In this document: piece after piece, positions 18,882-32,700 of the stretch
How the letters are laid out: every line of letters begins with the position of its first letter
Position numbering within the stretch: position 1 is the first letter of the stretch
Assembly: GCA_051362555.1 (NCBI GenBank)
Contig: CM120643.1
Location: 23,254,848-23,318,847 of the forward strand
Length of the DNA: 64,000 nt
Origin: Lingula anatina
Lineage: Eukaryota; Animalia; Brachiopoda
Direction: 5' to 3'
Made by a program: the position numbers and the translations under genes
The notes under the pieces: model-generated
Seen by the model: only the letters and a program-made list of their open reading frames with translations
What the model was told of the DNA's origin: nothing
Database searches by the model: none

Positions 18882-21800
18882 ATGGCGTTTCCTAAATCAG
18901 CTTTCCTGGTACTTCTGGCATTAATGTGTGAGCGGGCTGCCTATTTTACAGTCGAAAACTATGTAAATGAATTATGGAATATGCCTTCAAATTCAAGCAA
19001 CACAACAGATGGTGCAGTGATTGCACATATGATGTTTGTAGGTAAGTAATGAAAATAAGAAAATGATTGTCAACCGGAAGATGTTATGTAACCAGTAGCT
19101 TCTGCCCTTTTTTTACGTTTGTCTGTCTGTCTGTCTGCCTGTCTGTCTGTCTGTCTACTGCAATGGCGATTATTTGTCCCCTGCCTGTCCGTTTGTTTTC
19201 TGTCCATCATTTTGTCTCTTTGGACATTTAGAAAAACATTTTGTATGCATGAGATGGGGTTTCTTATTTCATAGAGTAATATAACTCGTGTACAATATTT
19301 CGTGATAAATACTTTGACAAAATGTTTATACGCAGTACGTGTACATTTTGGCATAAAAACGGTTTGGATTACTAAGCTAAATTTGTCAATTGCACTTTGC
19401 TTAACGTCAGTGGACAAAGAGGACCCTAACAATATTGTTGAATTGGGGCTCTATAACTCTTATCTGTTTGGCAAAACCTGTTTGATATTTATTTAAACTG
19501 ACTAACCAGATTTAACGCGAGGTGCGTCATTTTTAACTGTGCTTATCTCTATGCTCGTAATAACTATGACGTAAGTCACGTTTGCCCCCTTGTTGTGAAG
19601 GCAATGTGGTTATCATCAACAGTAGATTATATAGTTTTTGTATACTAAAATATACATGCATAGTATCAATTCTCACAGACCTCCATTAATTATCAACCTA
19701 CAACGACATAAACTTTAAGGTCCCTGTCACATTTATTTGGAATCAGCAGTAATCAAGCAGAATGAGCCTGAATGTAAAATTTTCAAAATTCGCACCACAT
19801 TCGGGGAGAAATTTTAAAGTGACCTAAATTCTTGTAAAAATACCGTTGGAATACTCAGAATGCGCTTCGAATCCGCCTGGAATGAATTGTGCACATTTCG
19901 GGTGTATTACATGTAGCTGTCAAATGCAGCTTGAATGTAATTAAAACACACCAGTAATATCGATGTCAGAATGCAGTCAGAATATTTAGAATACACTTTG
20001 AATCCTGCACGAGTGTAGTTCGATTGTTGGTCGAAATAGAATTTCGGCCAGCAACCGAGATGTATTCGAGTTGCATTCCATCTCATTTGAGGCACATGCA
20101 GAACATTCTGGCAGGATTTGTAGTGTCTTGCCATTTCGGTTTTCCCTCAAATGCGATTAGAATGTTTCGAATGCTGTTGGAATGCCGTAAGAACATTAAA
20201 AATGTACTCATAGTACAGTTAGAATACATTTGGAATGCCATTCGATATTTCTCCACTTGGAATGCACTTCGAAAGTTTTTTGCATGAGCAAAACATTCGG
20301 GCCGGCCACAAGAATGGGTTAAATATCCAGGAATGTACAAAGAATTCTCATTAACTTGAATATCGCTTTAATAAGTACTCTTTTGCCAGGTGCATCAGCG
20401 TGTTTTGGGATATTTGGTGGGGCCATCGCTGATGCATTTCTTCATCCAATTCCAACGCTGGGAGTAGGGTATGTTGTCTTCAGTATAGGTTAGTATGACA
20501 CTTACAATACTGTGTGTATCTCGAATTAAATGAAATGATATACACTGGCAAACCCGGGATTTTAATAAGGGGGAGAGGAAGTGCATTAAATGTGAAAAAT
20601 ACCACCAAAGACGAAGATAATTTAACTGTTATATATAGAGTTCAAATATTGACTTGGTTTATATCGCCCCCCCCTTGTTATACTGTATTTTATCTTAAGT
20701 TATTTATTTAATTTTTATGGAGACGGGAGAGAAGCAGTGGCCTCGAAAGCTAAGCGTGAGCCACTTGCTCGCTGTGCCGCCCTCTCTCCAATACGCTTTT
20801 GGATTAAGCTGTATTTACTGTAGCGTACATAAAGATATCAGAAACATAAATTGTGTATAAAGAGTCTTACAAACATTGAAAACCTTTTTTTTTGTCAAAC
20901 ACATATATACGCTCATTAAAGCCTTCAGCTTTGGTTACATTTGCCACGGACGCTGTACGATGAAATAGCATATGGTTTTCCGTGCAATTTTTGGGGGGCA
21001 TAATATGTTTGACGGGCTTCGGTGTATGTTAAAGGGATAATAACTCTTTGTATGAGATCTATATTTCGCAAATAAAACATTGTGAATAACTCATAGAAAT
21101 ATAATATATTCTGTTTTACCACAAAAACGGCAGTTATAGCTATTATTCTGATATCTGAGCTTGTCTTTAGACCACGTGACCTCCATTGATGGCTATACTC
21201 TGCTATAATCTCTTAAGAGATTTTAACAAAAAACCAAACTTTTTAGAAAAAAACCAGGGACTAACTTTGAATGTAAAAATGGATTCATTAATCATTGGTA
21301 AGTATGGGAAAATTGTTGTTTACTCCAGGAAAATTCATTTTTTGGCCGAAACGAAGAGTTATTATGACTTTAATATTATGAAGAGGTGCCGTGCTAAATC
21401 AGTCTGTCCTTTGAAAAGTGATCATACGCAGAGATGGAGTCCTTTCGATCTCAGTGCAGATGCCGTATATCATCCGTACGTCTTTCTTGAAGATTGATAC
21501 GTCGTTGATGCGGTCCACGTGGGTTTTATTCAACAACCACGTGACACAACACCTAAGGCACAAGATCAGAAAAAAAGTTTCGTCTTGAAAAAATCGTGTT
21601 AAATCTATTTTAGGCCCTACCCGGTTCTCTGCCCGCCTCCGCACAGATGCTGCGCGAAAATAGACGCTTTGCGGATATCGCACCGCATGGCAAATGTGTC
21701 CTAGGTTTTAATCTTAAAAATGACACATACATGCTTATATACACACGTACGCGTGCGCACACCTTAAACCATATTGGTTAAGTATTGAGAATATTATTTT

Positions 21801-22528
21801 CATTCTCAGGTCTTGTTCTCCTGGAGTGTGCTGCATCTGAAGCTGAGACAAATGTAATGTGAAAGTAATCCGATAAAGTTTCATTTGTTAAATGGTTTAT
21901 ATTAATTAGATATATGGCACATGTATTTCTCAAGAACTGTCTATCATATTTTAACGGAATTTCATTTGATTGTTACTGAAACACAGAAGCATTTCCTTGC
22001 GAGCTTAACCAATATTCCCATAGAACTCAATATGGCAGTGTTCGTAATCACAGCTTGTTGTATCCAGGTCTAAAATGTGATAATGGTGACCACGCATTAA
22101 TTATTTGATACGTTTTGATTTTTATGTGCATTGGCTTAACAGTATACAACGCACATTAGATTATGATAAATAATTCCAAAATAAATTTAGGAAAATGAAC
22201 TCTTCTATAAACTCGAGAATTGTTTTTTAAAAGTTTGTTTGGCTTTGATATATAATAAGTATACCCCTTTGTGGACAAGGGCAAAGGAAAGCTATACCCA
22301 AAAATATATGAGAAATATAGTTTCTTTTTTGCGTTTAGGATATATTGCAGCCTTCGGCCGCCAGAGACCTTGTCATAGCAGGACTTGTGACTACAGCTTT
22401 AGGACAGGGTTGTATTGGGGCTGTCTTGCCGGTAGTGGGCGCTGCACAAGTGCCGAACGAAAATAATCGCAGACGATTTATTCACTGGTACTGACGCCAT
22501 GCATTTTTAAAAAAACTATTTGCATCTG

Positions 22529-22593
<65 letters not shown>

Positions 22594-25332
22594 ATTGCTT
22601 TTCATGATGCTTATCGGTAACATTCAAGGTGTGAAATGGACATCTGTACGTTTTGTTATCCAGTAACATAAACTACGTTTAAAATGTTTTCCAGGATGAA
22701 TGCCTTTTTGGCCAACTACATGTATAATTCGTACGTCACGTTTTGGAATATGTTTCGTTATCTTACCTATCAAGTATTCAAGCACACATCGTATACTGAT
22801 ACCCTCTCTTGGCTTGTATGAATGAAGCCGACCAATGCTTACTAACAAGCTTCATCATTCACAGGTATTACGTATGGAGAAATGTCGGGGCCATCATCGC
22901 TGACACATCACGCGCTGTCTTTGACAAGGTCGAAAGCCAGCTCTACGTTAAGAATTTGATAGCTCCGGTTTCAGTCGCTCTATCTGACATACTAGTTTTG
23001 ACGGCCATTTTGGTCAGAAAAAAGCCGCCGGAAGAAAACCCGCCGGACTCCTCCTGCAATGAAGGTAAATTGACTGTCACTGAAAAATAGTTTCCATGAT
23101 AGAAATGCGCTACTGATTGTAAAAGACTTACGATTTTCATGTTGCCCCACTAATGTACCTCATCATCATCATCATCATCACCAACATCATTCTACGCCCT
23201 TGGCGGAATGACAACAGCAGCGACAAACTGTTGCCTCTATCTCATTATTCCTAGTATCTCATTCGGTCTCAGAACAGAGTCATTCATAATGGTGATCGAC
23301 TAATCATGAATCAGTTACATTAGGTCTGCCTCCCTTGGACTTCCCAGAAATAGTATCAAAGATATAAGAAGAAAAATAAAAAAGAGTAAGACTGGGTTCC
23401 CATACCTAGATCGATCTAACAGGATCGTTCCATCTCCGAGGGGTTTCTCGCTAAATTGCTGTCAGCTTAAGCGGCTTAGATGTCTGGCACGCCTACTGAA
23501 GCTGCTAAACGGTAATTAATTACCCAGTAGCAGCTGCAGTAAGCGTGACAGACATCTAAGCCGCTTAAGTTGATTGCAATTTAGCGAGAATCCCCTCGGA
23601 GATAGACCGATCCACAGTTAGTGCGATAGGGTCTGGGTACGATATTTGGATCGATGTATCTCCCTGGGGAGTCTCACTAATTTGCTATCAAGTTAACCGG
23701 TTTAAATGCCTGTCACGTCTAGTAAAGCTGTTGAGGAATAATTATCTTTACCCCCTAGATGATTCGGTAGGCGTAACAGACAATTAAGCCGGTAAGTTAA
23801 TAGCAATTTAGTGAGACTCCCCAGAGAGTTAGACCGATCCAGATGGATCGATCTAGGCATGAAAACCCAGTCTAAGCTTCATCGTCAATTAAGCATTGAT
23901 TCTACATTTATTTAACCTGTGCACTACTACACAGACCTACACAGGATCGTTCCATCTCCGAGGGGTTTCTCGCTAAATTTTTCCCTGACCTACACTATGA
24001 TGAACCCCTGAACCTGGCAAATATGTGCACTTTAGAAAAACGAAGGGAAAATCTGTGCAAAACTTTCTTTTACAAAATGACTGAATCCTCTGACAAATTG
24101 AATCACATCTTAATTGAGCATTCCAATCGTCTTTTAAGATCTAGCAATAGATACAAAGTGCCAAAATTTAAGACCGACAGATTCCGATGCTCTTTTATTC
24201 CATATGCACTTTTAAATTTCCAATAGTATTATGCTGTTTTTTATCCTAAGTACATTAATTTTAAAGTTCAGTAAGCAGTCTTTTAACTCAGTTTTATTCA
24301 TGCAAATATTCATTTTATTATCATTATAATTTTTTTCAACATTCTATGTACAACTTGAACCCACTGGGTTGCAATCTTAATAAATTATTATTATTATTAT
24401 TATTATTACACACAATGGACAATAGAAGTGTCACCCCTGAATCAGAGTATTCAAAGTTATAATGCCTGGTCTACTTATAATGTGACTAATGAGTGTAAAA
24501 CCGCTGTACCACGGAATTGTATTGTTGGTCTTTTTGTGAAATTTGATGTTAATAAAATTATACCAGGAGCATATCATTCCACAGTCATTTATCTCCCCCA
24601 AAGTATTGGTTCAGTAGGCGTGACACTTCTATTGTCAAGTGTGTGTAGTATATAGCCTACATGTACCAGTAAACATGCATATTATTCCGGTACATATGTT
24701 CTACATTCCAGGTACAGCGCTGCCTAATGTTTTGTCATCGGTGTTTCAGTTATGCAGAAACGGGTGCCTGTTGAGTACATCATATCGTAGAAAGGAAAAT
24801 ATCTCACGACGGTCGAATTTTAGAGCAGTTTTTAGGATTCTGTTGGTTAATTCTGCTGTCGTTGGGTTTGGATTTCTTTACTTGCCGGTATGATAAAACC
24901 AATCAGCCAACCCAGTTACCGATTAAACATCGATTAATCGTTCCACTAACTTACAGTTAATTATACAAAAACAACTTCTCTCTCTCTCATATCATTTTTC
25001 AGATTAAATCAAGACGAATAATTCTGAAAGCAATTTGCCAACAGTTTATTTCATTTTTGAACTACAGACTCAATTTCTTAGCATCTATTTTCTTTTCAGA
25101 TACTTACAGTCTACGAGATGCAAGCATCTGGTCTTAACGGTAACATAACTGGGGGTGGGTTCGAGTTTCCATCTCCTTCGACTCAGCTTATCTTGTTTAA
25201 TGAGGTCGTTATCGTTTTTGTCATCCCTTTTACCCTCTACTGTCTTTATCCACGAATATGGTCCCGCGGCGGACCGCATTATATATCAAAGACATGTAAG
25301 TATAAAAAATAAAAAATGCAACACGTTATATT

Positions 25333-25406
<74 letters not shown>

Positions 25407-28353
25407 CTTCTGTTCATCAAAATGCCCAAAATGTAAACAGTGACTGATAAACGGTAAAATTATTAAAACAATTAGATGTAGCTGCTTTTTTAAATTCCTG
25501 AAAATCGTTTTAAATTAACATTTCATTTTTTATCAAAATTATTATTTTTTTCAGAGAAACTTTGTTTTAACAATTATTCTTTTTCAGTTGATAGAATACT
25601 ACAAATGTAGTTACTGTGAATAACAAAATAGTTTTAGTTATTAGAGCCGATAATGATTTAGGCATTTTTAGGGCTCTTTCAAAATTTACATTTTAAAGTT
25701 CTTTTATGATTAATGCCTTTCAGCACCCTTTTTGCATTTTAGTACATGCACATTCAGCTTAATTTTATGTTAAGGTTGAATAATTTGTGGTATGTATCAT
25801 ATTTTAAGAAGGTTTAAATCTTATAGGTCATATAACTGTAATGTGCACATAATATATAGACTTACCATACTTTTTTCAAAAAATTAATATCATCATTATC
25901 ATTGGTTTTTAGCTATTGGCGTGGTGTTCTCCATCATATCCGGGTTAGTAGCCATCATACTGGAGACAGTTCGGAAAAATTACAGCAAACACAACCACGG
26001 CTATTCCACAATCAGTATATTTGCCCAAGGACCTCAATATACATTGATTGCACTCGCTGAAGTTTTCACGCAGCTTACAGGTACTTTGATGCATATCTTT
26101 TCTTTTATTTTAAAATTATGTTTCGCCTTTCTTGCCAAGTATCACGAGGATGCTCAAGCAGCATATTTTTTCTCAGCTGCAGCTTGCTTTTTCCCCTTCA
26201 TTTGAAATCAGCATGCTAACGTAACGCCTGTAAAGTCCATAAACGTGTACAGTATATATGGCGGTCATTTAGGCCAACATGAAATACTCGTTTCACAGGG
26301 TCTGATACCCGTCCTCTCGTACCTAAAAGATGATCATTTTTTATTCGTGATAAGTTTCATTTACATATTTTATCCGAAAGTAGTATCACTTTAGAATACC
26401 GAGGTTGTGAAGACTGAAATTCATATTTTCGTCCATGTCACTCAAAGAAACCGTTCTGTTCACGTCTTAAATCGTGACCATTGACTCCAACCCATGAATC
26501 CAACAGACTGAAAGTGATTCCGACTAATAAAATTGATTCACTTCACATGTCCACAGCATTTCTCCATATATATATATGGTTTAGCGGTGTGTGTGCTTTT
26601 GTGTGTTTGCTGGTGGCGGTGGTGGTGGCAGGGTGTTAGAAGGGAAGAACGTAAAAAACAACTACAGGGGGTTACAAAGTATTACGTCATCTGTGTGAAT
26701 AACGTCCCATGTGACATGGGGGACCCGTTCGTAAAAAGTAATTTGCGGTTTATTACTCGCGTAACCAGTCATGAATTTTCATCCGTGTACACTATGAAGG
26801 GCGTCATCGAAGGTGCAGCGCCCTCAAGTTCTTACCTGCGGGAGCTTACAAATCAAGAAAAATTGTTTCTCTGATGGGGGGGGGGGGGGTATACATGGTA
26901 TAGATAGAACACAGATAGCCGCCAGATATGGTGTGTCTGGTCCGACTGTATGCAGGGTTTGCAGAAGGAAAGAGGACGCTGGTGATGTCCAGAAGTCAAC
27001 ACAAAGTGGCTGCCCGAGGAAGACTGGTGCCAGAAAAAACAAGTATCTTTTTTATGCTGTCAAGACTTAGGGGGTTTGAATCGTTCAGCGAATTGGCTTT
27101 GCAGTGGTCGCGTAATTTGCAGGTTGAGGTCAGTAAAAAAGAACGCTGCATGCTACAGGAATTTGCCATAAGAAAAAAAAAACACTTATCACCTCTTTAA
27201 ACAAACGAAGAAGATTGACTGCATGGGCCGCAGGTCATAACTGGCGCCATTTGGTATTTTCTGAAGAAACCATATTCACTCTTTTAACATGAATGGACAA
27301 GTGAGAGTATAGAGACATCACCCACTTCTTATCTGACACAGTATATGCATATCCTCACTAAACTGTCACTTTAATAACGGTTTAGGGGTACAGAATTGAT
27401 AAACTGAGGTTGTTATATGGAAACCTAAAACACGGGTGTTACATTGACATTCTGGACTAATTTTAAAAAATCGACCTGGTGTTCACCTTCAAGCAAATGG
27501 TGCAGTACTTTTGTCACCCCCCCTGTAGCTTGCATGAAAGGACTTGCATATATCCCCTGCCGCCGCCTGTATAATGTCCATATGATAAAGACAGAAAATC
27601 AACGTCAGAAAATAACCTGTGCATATTTTCAGTGATGGAGTACTCTTATATGGAAGCCCCCGATGGTATTAAGTGCTTCAGCATGGGTTTACACCAGACA
27701 GCACTGGGTCTGTCATATTTTATTGCAGTTGGAATTGAGGCTTTGGTGAAAAAAACTCAGACGGGTAAGATAACCATCGTGAATATCGAACATATTATAA
27801 TAGATCATTTTAAATCTTAGCTTAGAAAACTGATTATTAAATAACAAAACGGTGATGTTATTCGAAAATGGCTCTAACTTTTGATAGACATTCCCAATAA
27901 ATGTGATGGTCTTCAACAAGATGTATGTGCTTATTTTGCAAATTTATAATTAGGGTTTATTTTGGAAGAATGCGCCAAATTTGTTTCATCACGTTTCGTT
28001 CATCTCAATCCTGTATGAAACCACCTATATATAAATGTGGTCGCACGCGTAAATAATGCCTTCGAGAGTATATTATTAAAATTGCCATTGTGTGATTATA
28101 CGAAAATTAAAATTTGTTTAGGTTACAGTTAAGGCCAATCGCTGTATATAATAATTATAGATAAGAAATTGAAAATTATTTCCCTCTCTTTGTAGACTGG
28201 CATTTGTTTGAGGTGGTGCACATCTGTAGTGGCGACTCTCACTTGGAAAGTTTCCTGGGTATATTGGTGTCGTTAAGCGTCGTTTTTTCACTCATATTCC
28301 CACTGGTCACAAGAATTCCACAAGAAAGACCCGATTACATCAGACTGATATAG
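18882..28353 (+). CDS. SLC15/POT family transporter-like, copy B (tandem paralog), about 489 aa
   Basis: Ten exons: 18882-19041, 20390-20488, 21810-21853, 22351-22487, 22865-23064, 24712-24887, 25100-25295, 25913-26080, 27633-27764, 28196-28353. Phases match copy A, the frame is open, and the only indels are in frame (-33 nt in exon 1, +6 nt in exon 7). Confidence 0.88.
19719..20350. mobile_element. Truncated Harbinger-like non-autonomous element rich in GAAT/ATTC motifs
   Basis: Begins TAA|GGTCCCTGTCACA. It is present in SLC15-B intron 1 but absent from copy A. The right TIR was not found. Confidence 0.55.
21033..21369. mobile_element. Kolobok-like MITE with TTAA TSD, nested in a Harbinger-like MITE
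   Basis: TTAA|AGGGATAATAACTCTT ... AAGAGTTATTATGACT|TTAA. Absent from the copy-A element. Confidence 0.7.
23390..23872. mobile_element. Harbinger-like MITE with TAA TSD
   Basis: TAA|GACTGGGTTCCCAT ... ATGAAAACCCAGTC|TAA, with two internal palindromic modules. Confidence 0.75.
23980..24408 (+). mobile_element. 5'-truncated CR1/L2-group LINE 3' end
   Basis: ORF2-like C-terminus (LEKRRENLCKTFF...YKVPKFKTDRFRCSFIP, stop at 24226), followed by a 3'UTR, AATAAA and a (TTA)n tail. Confidence 0.7.
24409..24645. mobile_element. Tc1-derived MITE with TA TSD
   Basis: TA|CACACAATGGACAATAGAAGTGTCAC ... GTGACACTTCTATTGTCAAGTGTGTG|TA. The left half matches the Tc1 relic at 56867. Confidence 0.8.
26665..27525 (+). 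mobile_element. Degenerate Tc1/mariner element with transposase remnants
   Basis: TA|CAGGGGGTTACAAAGTA ... TACTTTTGTCACCCCCCTG|TA. It carries an HTH-like remnant (QIAARYGVSGPTVCRV..SGCPRKT). Only about 80 bp of the left end survives in copy A (from 15630). Confidence 0.8.
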
Positions 28354-28930
28354 AATAAAAGAATTAGGGTCTATGGTGGAATTGGCAGATCTGCATCTAC
28401 ATGTACTGTAAACTATTCAGATTTCAGCAACAATGGTGCATGGATGATTCAAACCCGTGTCCTTCATACTGCTTGCAATTTTTTCATTTTTTTGCGATAA
28501 TGTACCAGTCCTCAATACAACGAGGACGATGTTGGAATATACATATTGTATGTACACGTATACATGCAATTGCCCATATAAAAGAAATGTAGGTGATGAG
28601 CCCGACAAAATAAGATCTGCATTATCAATTACCGTAATTGTTTATTTTTAGGTAATTTGTACACGAAACCACTATTTCACACACATGGTTATAATGTTTC
28701 TCATGTGGATAACCGCCGTAACTGTGAAATTCAGTGTTCCTTTTCATCTCCAGAAGAACTATAATGACTTTTACATCTTATTTAAAGCTATTCTAACAAC
28801 CAACAATAATGCATATTATATAAAATTCAAAATTAGAGATGCGGAGTGAAGATGTTATGGAATGAATTGCGGTCAAACGACTTTGAAGAGAAATTCCATT
28901 GTTTTTTGGTTGTAAAGCTGTGAAGTTTCC

Positions 28931-29131
28931 CGACAACTCCAAATTTCGCAACAGGGACAGACCCACAAACAAAGGGATGAAGGACACGTCTGCTAAGATA
29001 CTTCATGGTATATTGCCGCTTCACGTCGCTCTTGTGACAGTTACATTGTCCTTTGTTTAAGCCTTATTTATTTTTGACGAGCGCTCCATTTCCTTGCCTG
29101 TAAGTCTCTGTTGCGAAATTCGGAGTTCTCG
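28931..29131. mobile_element. Small MITE (CGAcAACTCCaAATTTCGCAACAG TIR)
   Basis: About 28-bp inverted ends. The left arm also appears at about 17555-17578, where SLC15 A/B similarity ends. Confidence 0.6.
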
Positions 29132-29782
29132 ATATCTAAGTAAGGCACAAAAAAAAAAAAAAAAAAAAAAAAAAAAAGCATTTGTGATATTGCTCTATTT
29201 TATTTCAAATAAAACTAGCATATATCAATTTGTTCTCAAAAAGGCAGTTTAATAATGTCAAGCCCGACGGAAAAAGACTATTATCACTGTAGACTATACA
29301 TATTGTGGCTCAAATTTATACAAATAAAAATCACAGCAAACTTGATAAAAACGGTGACGTTACAGCTACACTATGAGATAAAAATACTGATACAACATCT
29401 CTATTTACCTTGAACCATGTAAAGAGAAAACATTCGAGATAATCTTATTGCAGTCTTATTTTCGTTTTCAAAAGCGGAAATATATGTTTTATAATAATAT
29501 ATATAGGCCTATAAATCGATATTAGATATAATAATATAATAATTCTTTGGAAGGTAAATTACAAGAGGTGCCAAAGCCAGTAACAGGTCAATCAAATAAA
29601 GACAAGGGAAGACGATGTACATACATGTATAAGTTTGCCAGTTCTGTAGCCAACGCATAAGAAACATAAGAAGTCACAACCTAACACGGAAAATATGTTC
29701 CATATTTTCCTCACCAAAACCCGATGTAATTGACATTTAAATTTACTGTTTTTTAAATTGTTTGACCTTTCCACTGCTTAAA

Positions 29783-32700
29783 TTAATAACGCACTTCAAA
29801 AGTCTCGGGTCCGGTGATCTGATAATTGATGTTCCTGTAGTTTTGCAAATCATTGCAACGGGTGCGATGAATCTCGTCAAACAGATTTTGCACAGCTTTT
29901 GGCAGGCGCTCATATTTCCCGAGGTCGGCCAGCTCATTAAAATAGTCCCATTGTAACGGGCCCATTAGGTGAGCGTGACGGTGGGCATATCCCTTTTTCA
30001 GTCGCCACTCAAACTCTCGTTGTTCTTCAGCCATCATGTTCTCCTTGGATGGAAGTTGATAAGTGCCGTCCAGTGTTGCCAAGATGAACTTGACGGTGTT
30101 GTGGAACTGTGGAAAGGGACAGAGCTTGGTGCAGATCCCAATGAAGAACAATGTAGGGAACTCGGTGTGAACAATATGCTTGTAAAGCGGTGTCACGCGG
30201 CCATCGTCGATATTAACGTGACAGTTGGCTGATAGGAAGGGAAAGCTGTAGTGATACCCCGTGCACAGTAGGAGAACATCGAATTCCAGTTTTTGTCCAT
30301 TCTTCATCATACCGCCGTCGGCGGTGAGCTCGACTATGCCCGATGTCTGGCTGAGATTGTCCGGGAGACTTGTCGACAGGGCGGGTTTGTTGTGGCTCAG
30401 ATACACCTGTAACGGCATTGAAATATGACTTGTTTTACAGATGCGTGCTCACTGACTTTGGCTATTATTCAGTAATACATACTTTCAACAGATATGACAG
30501 TATCTACAAATCTCTATTTTGTGCGTATTTTCTTTTCAGTACATACAGCCTTCCATATTTCCCACCGATTTCTGTAATTGATTCCCGCTCGTTACGTTTA
30601 CCGGTTTATCTAAAGTTAAATTTTGCCCTATGCAGGCCCACCTTGTTATATTTCTAAATAAAACCTTGGGCGAAATTCGTTTTATTCGCCCAAAAATTGG
30701 TGTATCATATGGTGTCTCATACGGAGGGTATCTTATACTTTATATTCGCTGTCTTTCAGCAAGTTCATTGTGAAAAACAGTCATTGTGAATGGTTTTACT
30801 GATAAGTAAATCATAACGTCGTTTAAATGAAGATGAAGCAGATTCTGTGATAGTCTGAAAGGGATGAACCTCACACTGACCTGCTTTGCCTTGCTCGCCA
30901 CCTCCAGGGCTATATCCTGACCCGAGGCACCGCATCCGACGCAGCAGACGACTTTATTGGCGAACGCCTCCGGAACACGGTAGTCGTGACTGTGGATCAC
31001 CTGACCTTCAAATTTTGTGAGCGATCCGTTGAAATCTGGGATGAGCGGAACAGAGTAGTGGCTGAAATATAAATTATCATTATCATACACAGCATAGTTA
31101 ATGATAAACGCTCCCTTTCTCTGCTTCTCTCTCTCTCTCTCTGTCTGCTAGCACGTAATTTATCAAATAGCACTCTGCGTTTGTCCCACGTTAGACGTCA
31201 GTAAACACAGTCATTTTTTTCGGGATTGTTAAAACACAGTCTCTCTCTCTCTTTCTCTCCCTCTCTATGCACGCGCGCGCAATATTGCTTGTGGGTGGCT
31301 TCAGTACTAACCATTTCATATTTTTGCTGTTTATAGTGCATTTTACAATGAAGTCGAGACCCAAATCCTTAATCCTTATACCTTAATCTAATTTATAATT
31401 CTACAGATAATAAATATTACACATTGTGTCTGGTGTACAGTTGATGAAACTTGTATGAATTTTAAAAAAATATTTCAAAACGTGAAAAGCAACACATTAT
31501 ATTTGAAAATAGATAGTAAAAATGATCATCTTAAAGTCTTCAAAACTAAACAAGAGAAAATATTACCTTAACTTATTTTAAGCAAGACATCTAAAATCCA
31601 TCAAGTCCCCATCTGTGTAAGTTGACTTAACATTGAAAGATCTACATACATCAATAACCAACATCGGAGTCTGTAGGCCCTATCGTCGGCGTGAACATGT
31701 TGCATCAATTTATCAATATATGAAAGTCATTGAAAATTTAGTTTTTTTAAACTTTCTGAATTTATCTGCAATTGGGGTTCCAGGGAAGGGGGGTCTGCTG
31801 GCACGTGCCTCTCTTTAAGCTTACTAGACAATATCGCATATTTTTCATTGGACCTCTCCTGAAAGTATGATTTTGGTCTAACTAGTGCTTGACACTTAAA
31901 ATGTATTTGCAACCAAAGTTGACCCGCGGACTAACAGATCCATGGCCCAAATGTGGCCGGCTCACTTAAAAGCTTGCAACGTAGCGCCCCCGGGAAATCA
32001 ATTTAGTGCGTTTCAGGGGATTAGCTTTCAAGTGGGCCGGTCATGTTTAATCCTCTGTTCTGTTAGTCCGCGGATCAACTAGTTCTGAATGTGCCTTTAA
32101 TTTATCCAGCTTCTTCAGAGTTATCTTGATAATCTTCTACTTTTAGTCATTTCGCTTTCCAGCTCCTAACAATTTAATTGTTCGCTGTCATTTTACGTAA
32201 CACTTTGTTCAGGAAAATCTGTGAAAGGACGCTGCAGATAAACTGGTTGGTTAGGAATTTTCATCAAAAAATTTTAAACAGACACATATAACCTTTTTTT
32301 TTAGATTGGAGATGATGATTTAGTTCCCAAGTGTCCGCTATTTAATTTTGCGAATGTTTTTTTCTTTTTTATTCCCATTGTACAATACGCATTCTCCCCA
32401 AAACACCATACCCATTGCAAACAATCACAGCATCAGCTACAAAAGATGAATCGGAAGTGTCGTCTGCTACCCTAACGTCCTTGACCTTGATGTTCCACGT
32501 GACCCCACCATGCCCATCCTTTACTGGGTCCACGTGCTTCACTTCGGTCAAAAACTGAAAGAATCTTTAATACGTCCATTTCTCCACACTCAATTGATAT
32601 TTACTTTAGAACATTAACATTCAACATTATTGGGTAAAGTTAAGAACGGACATAATATTCTGAATTCTATCTGATATTCCTTTTATATTATTTTTTCATA

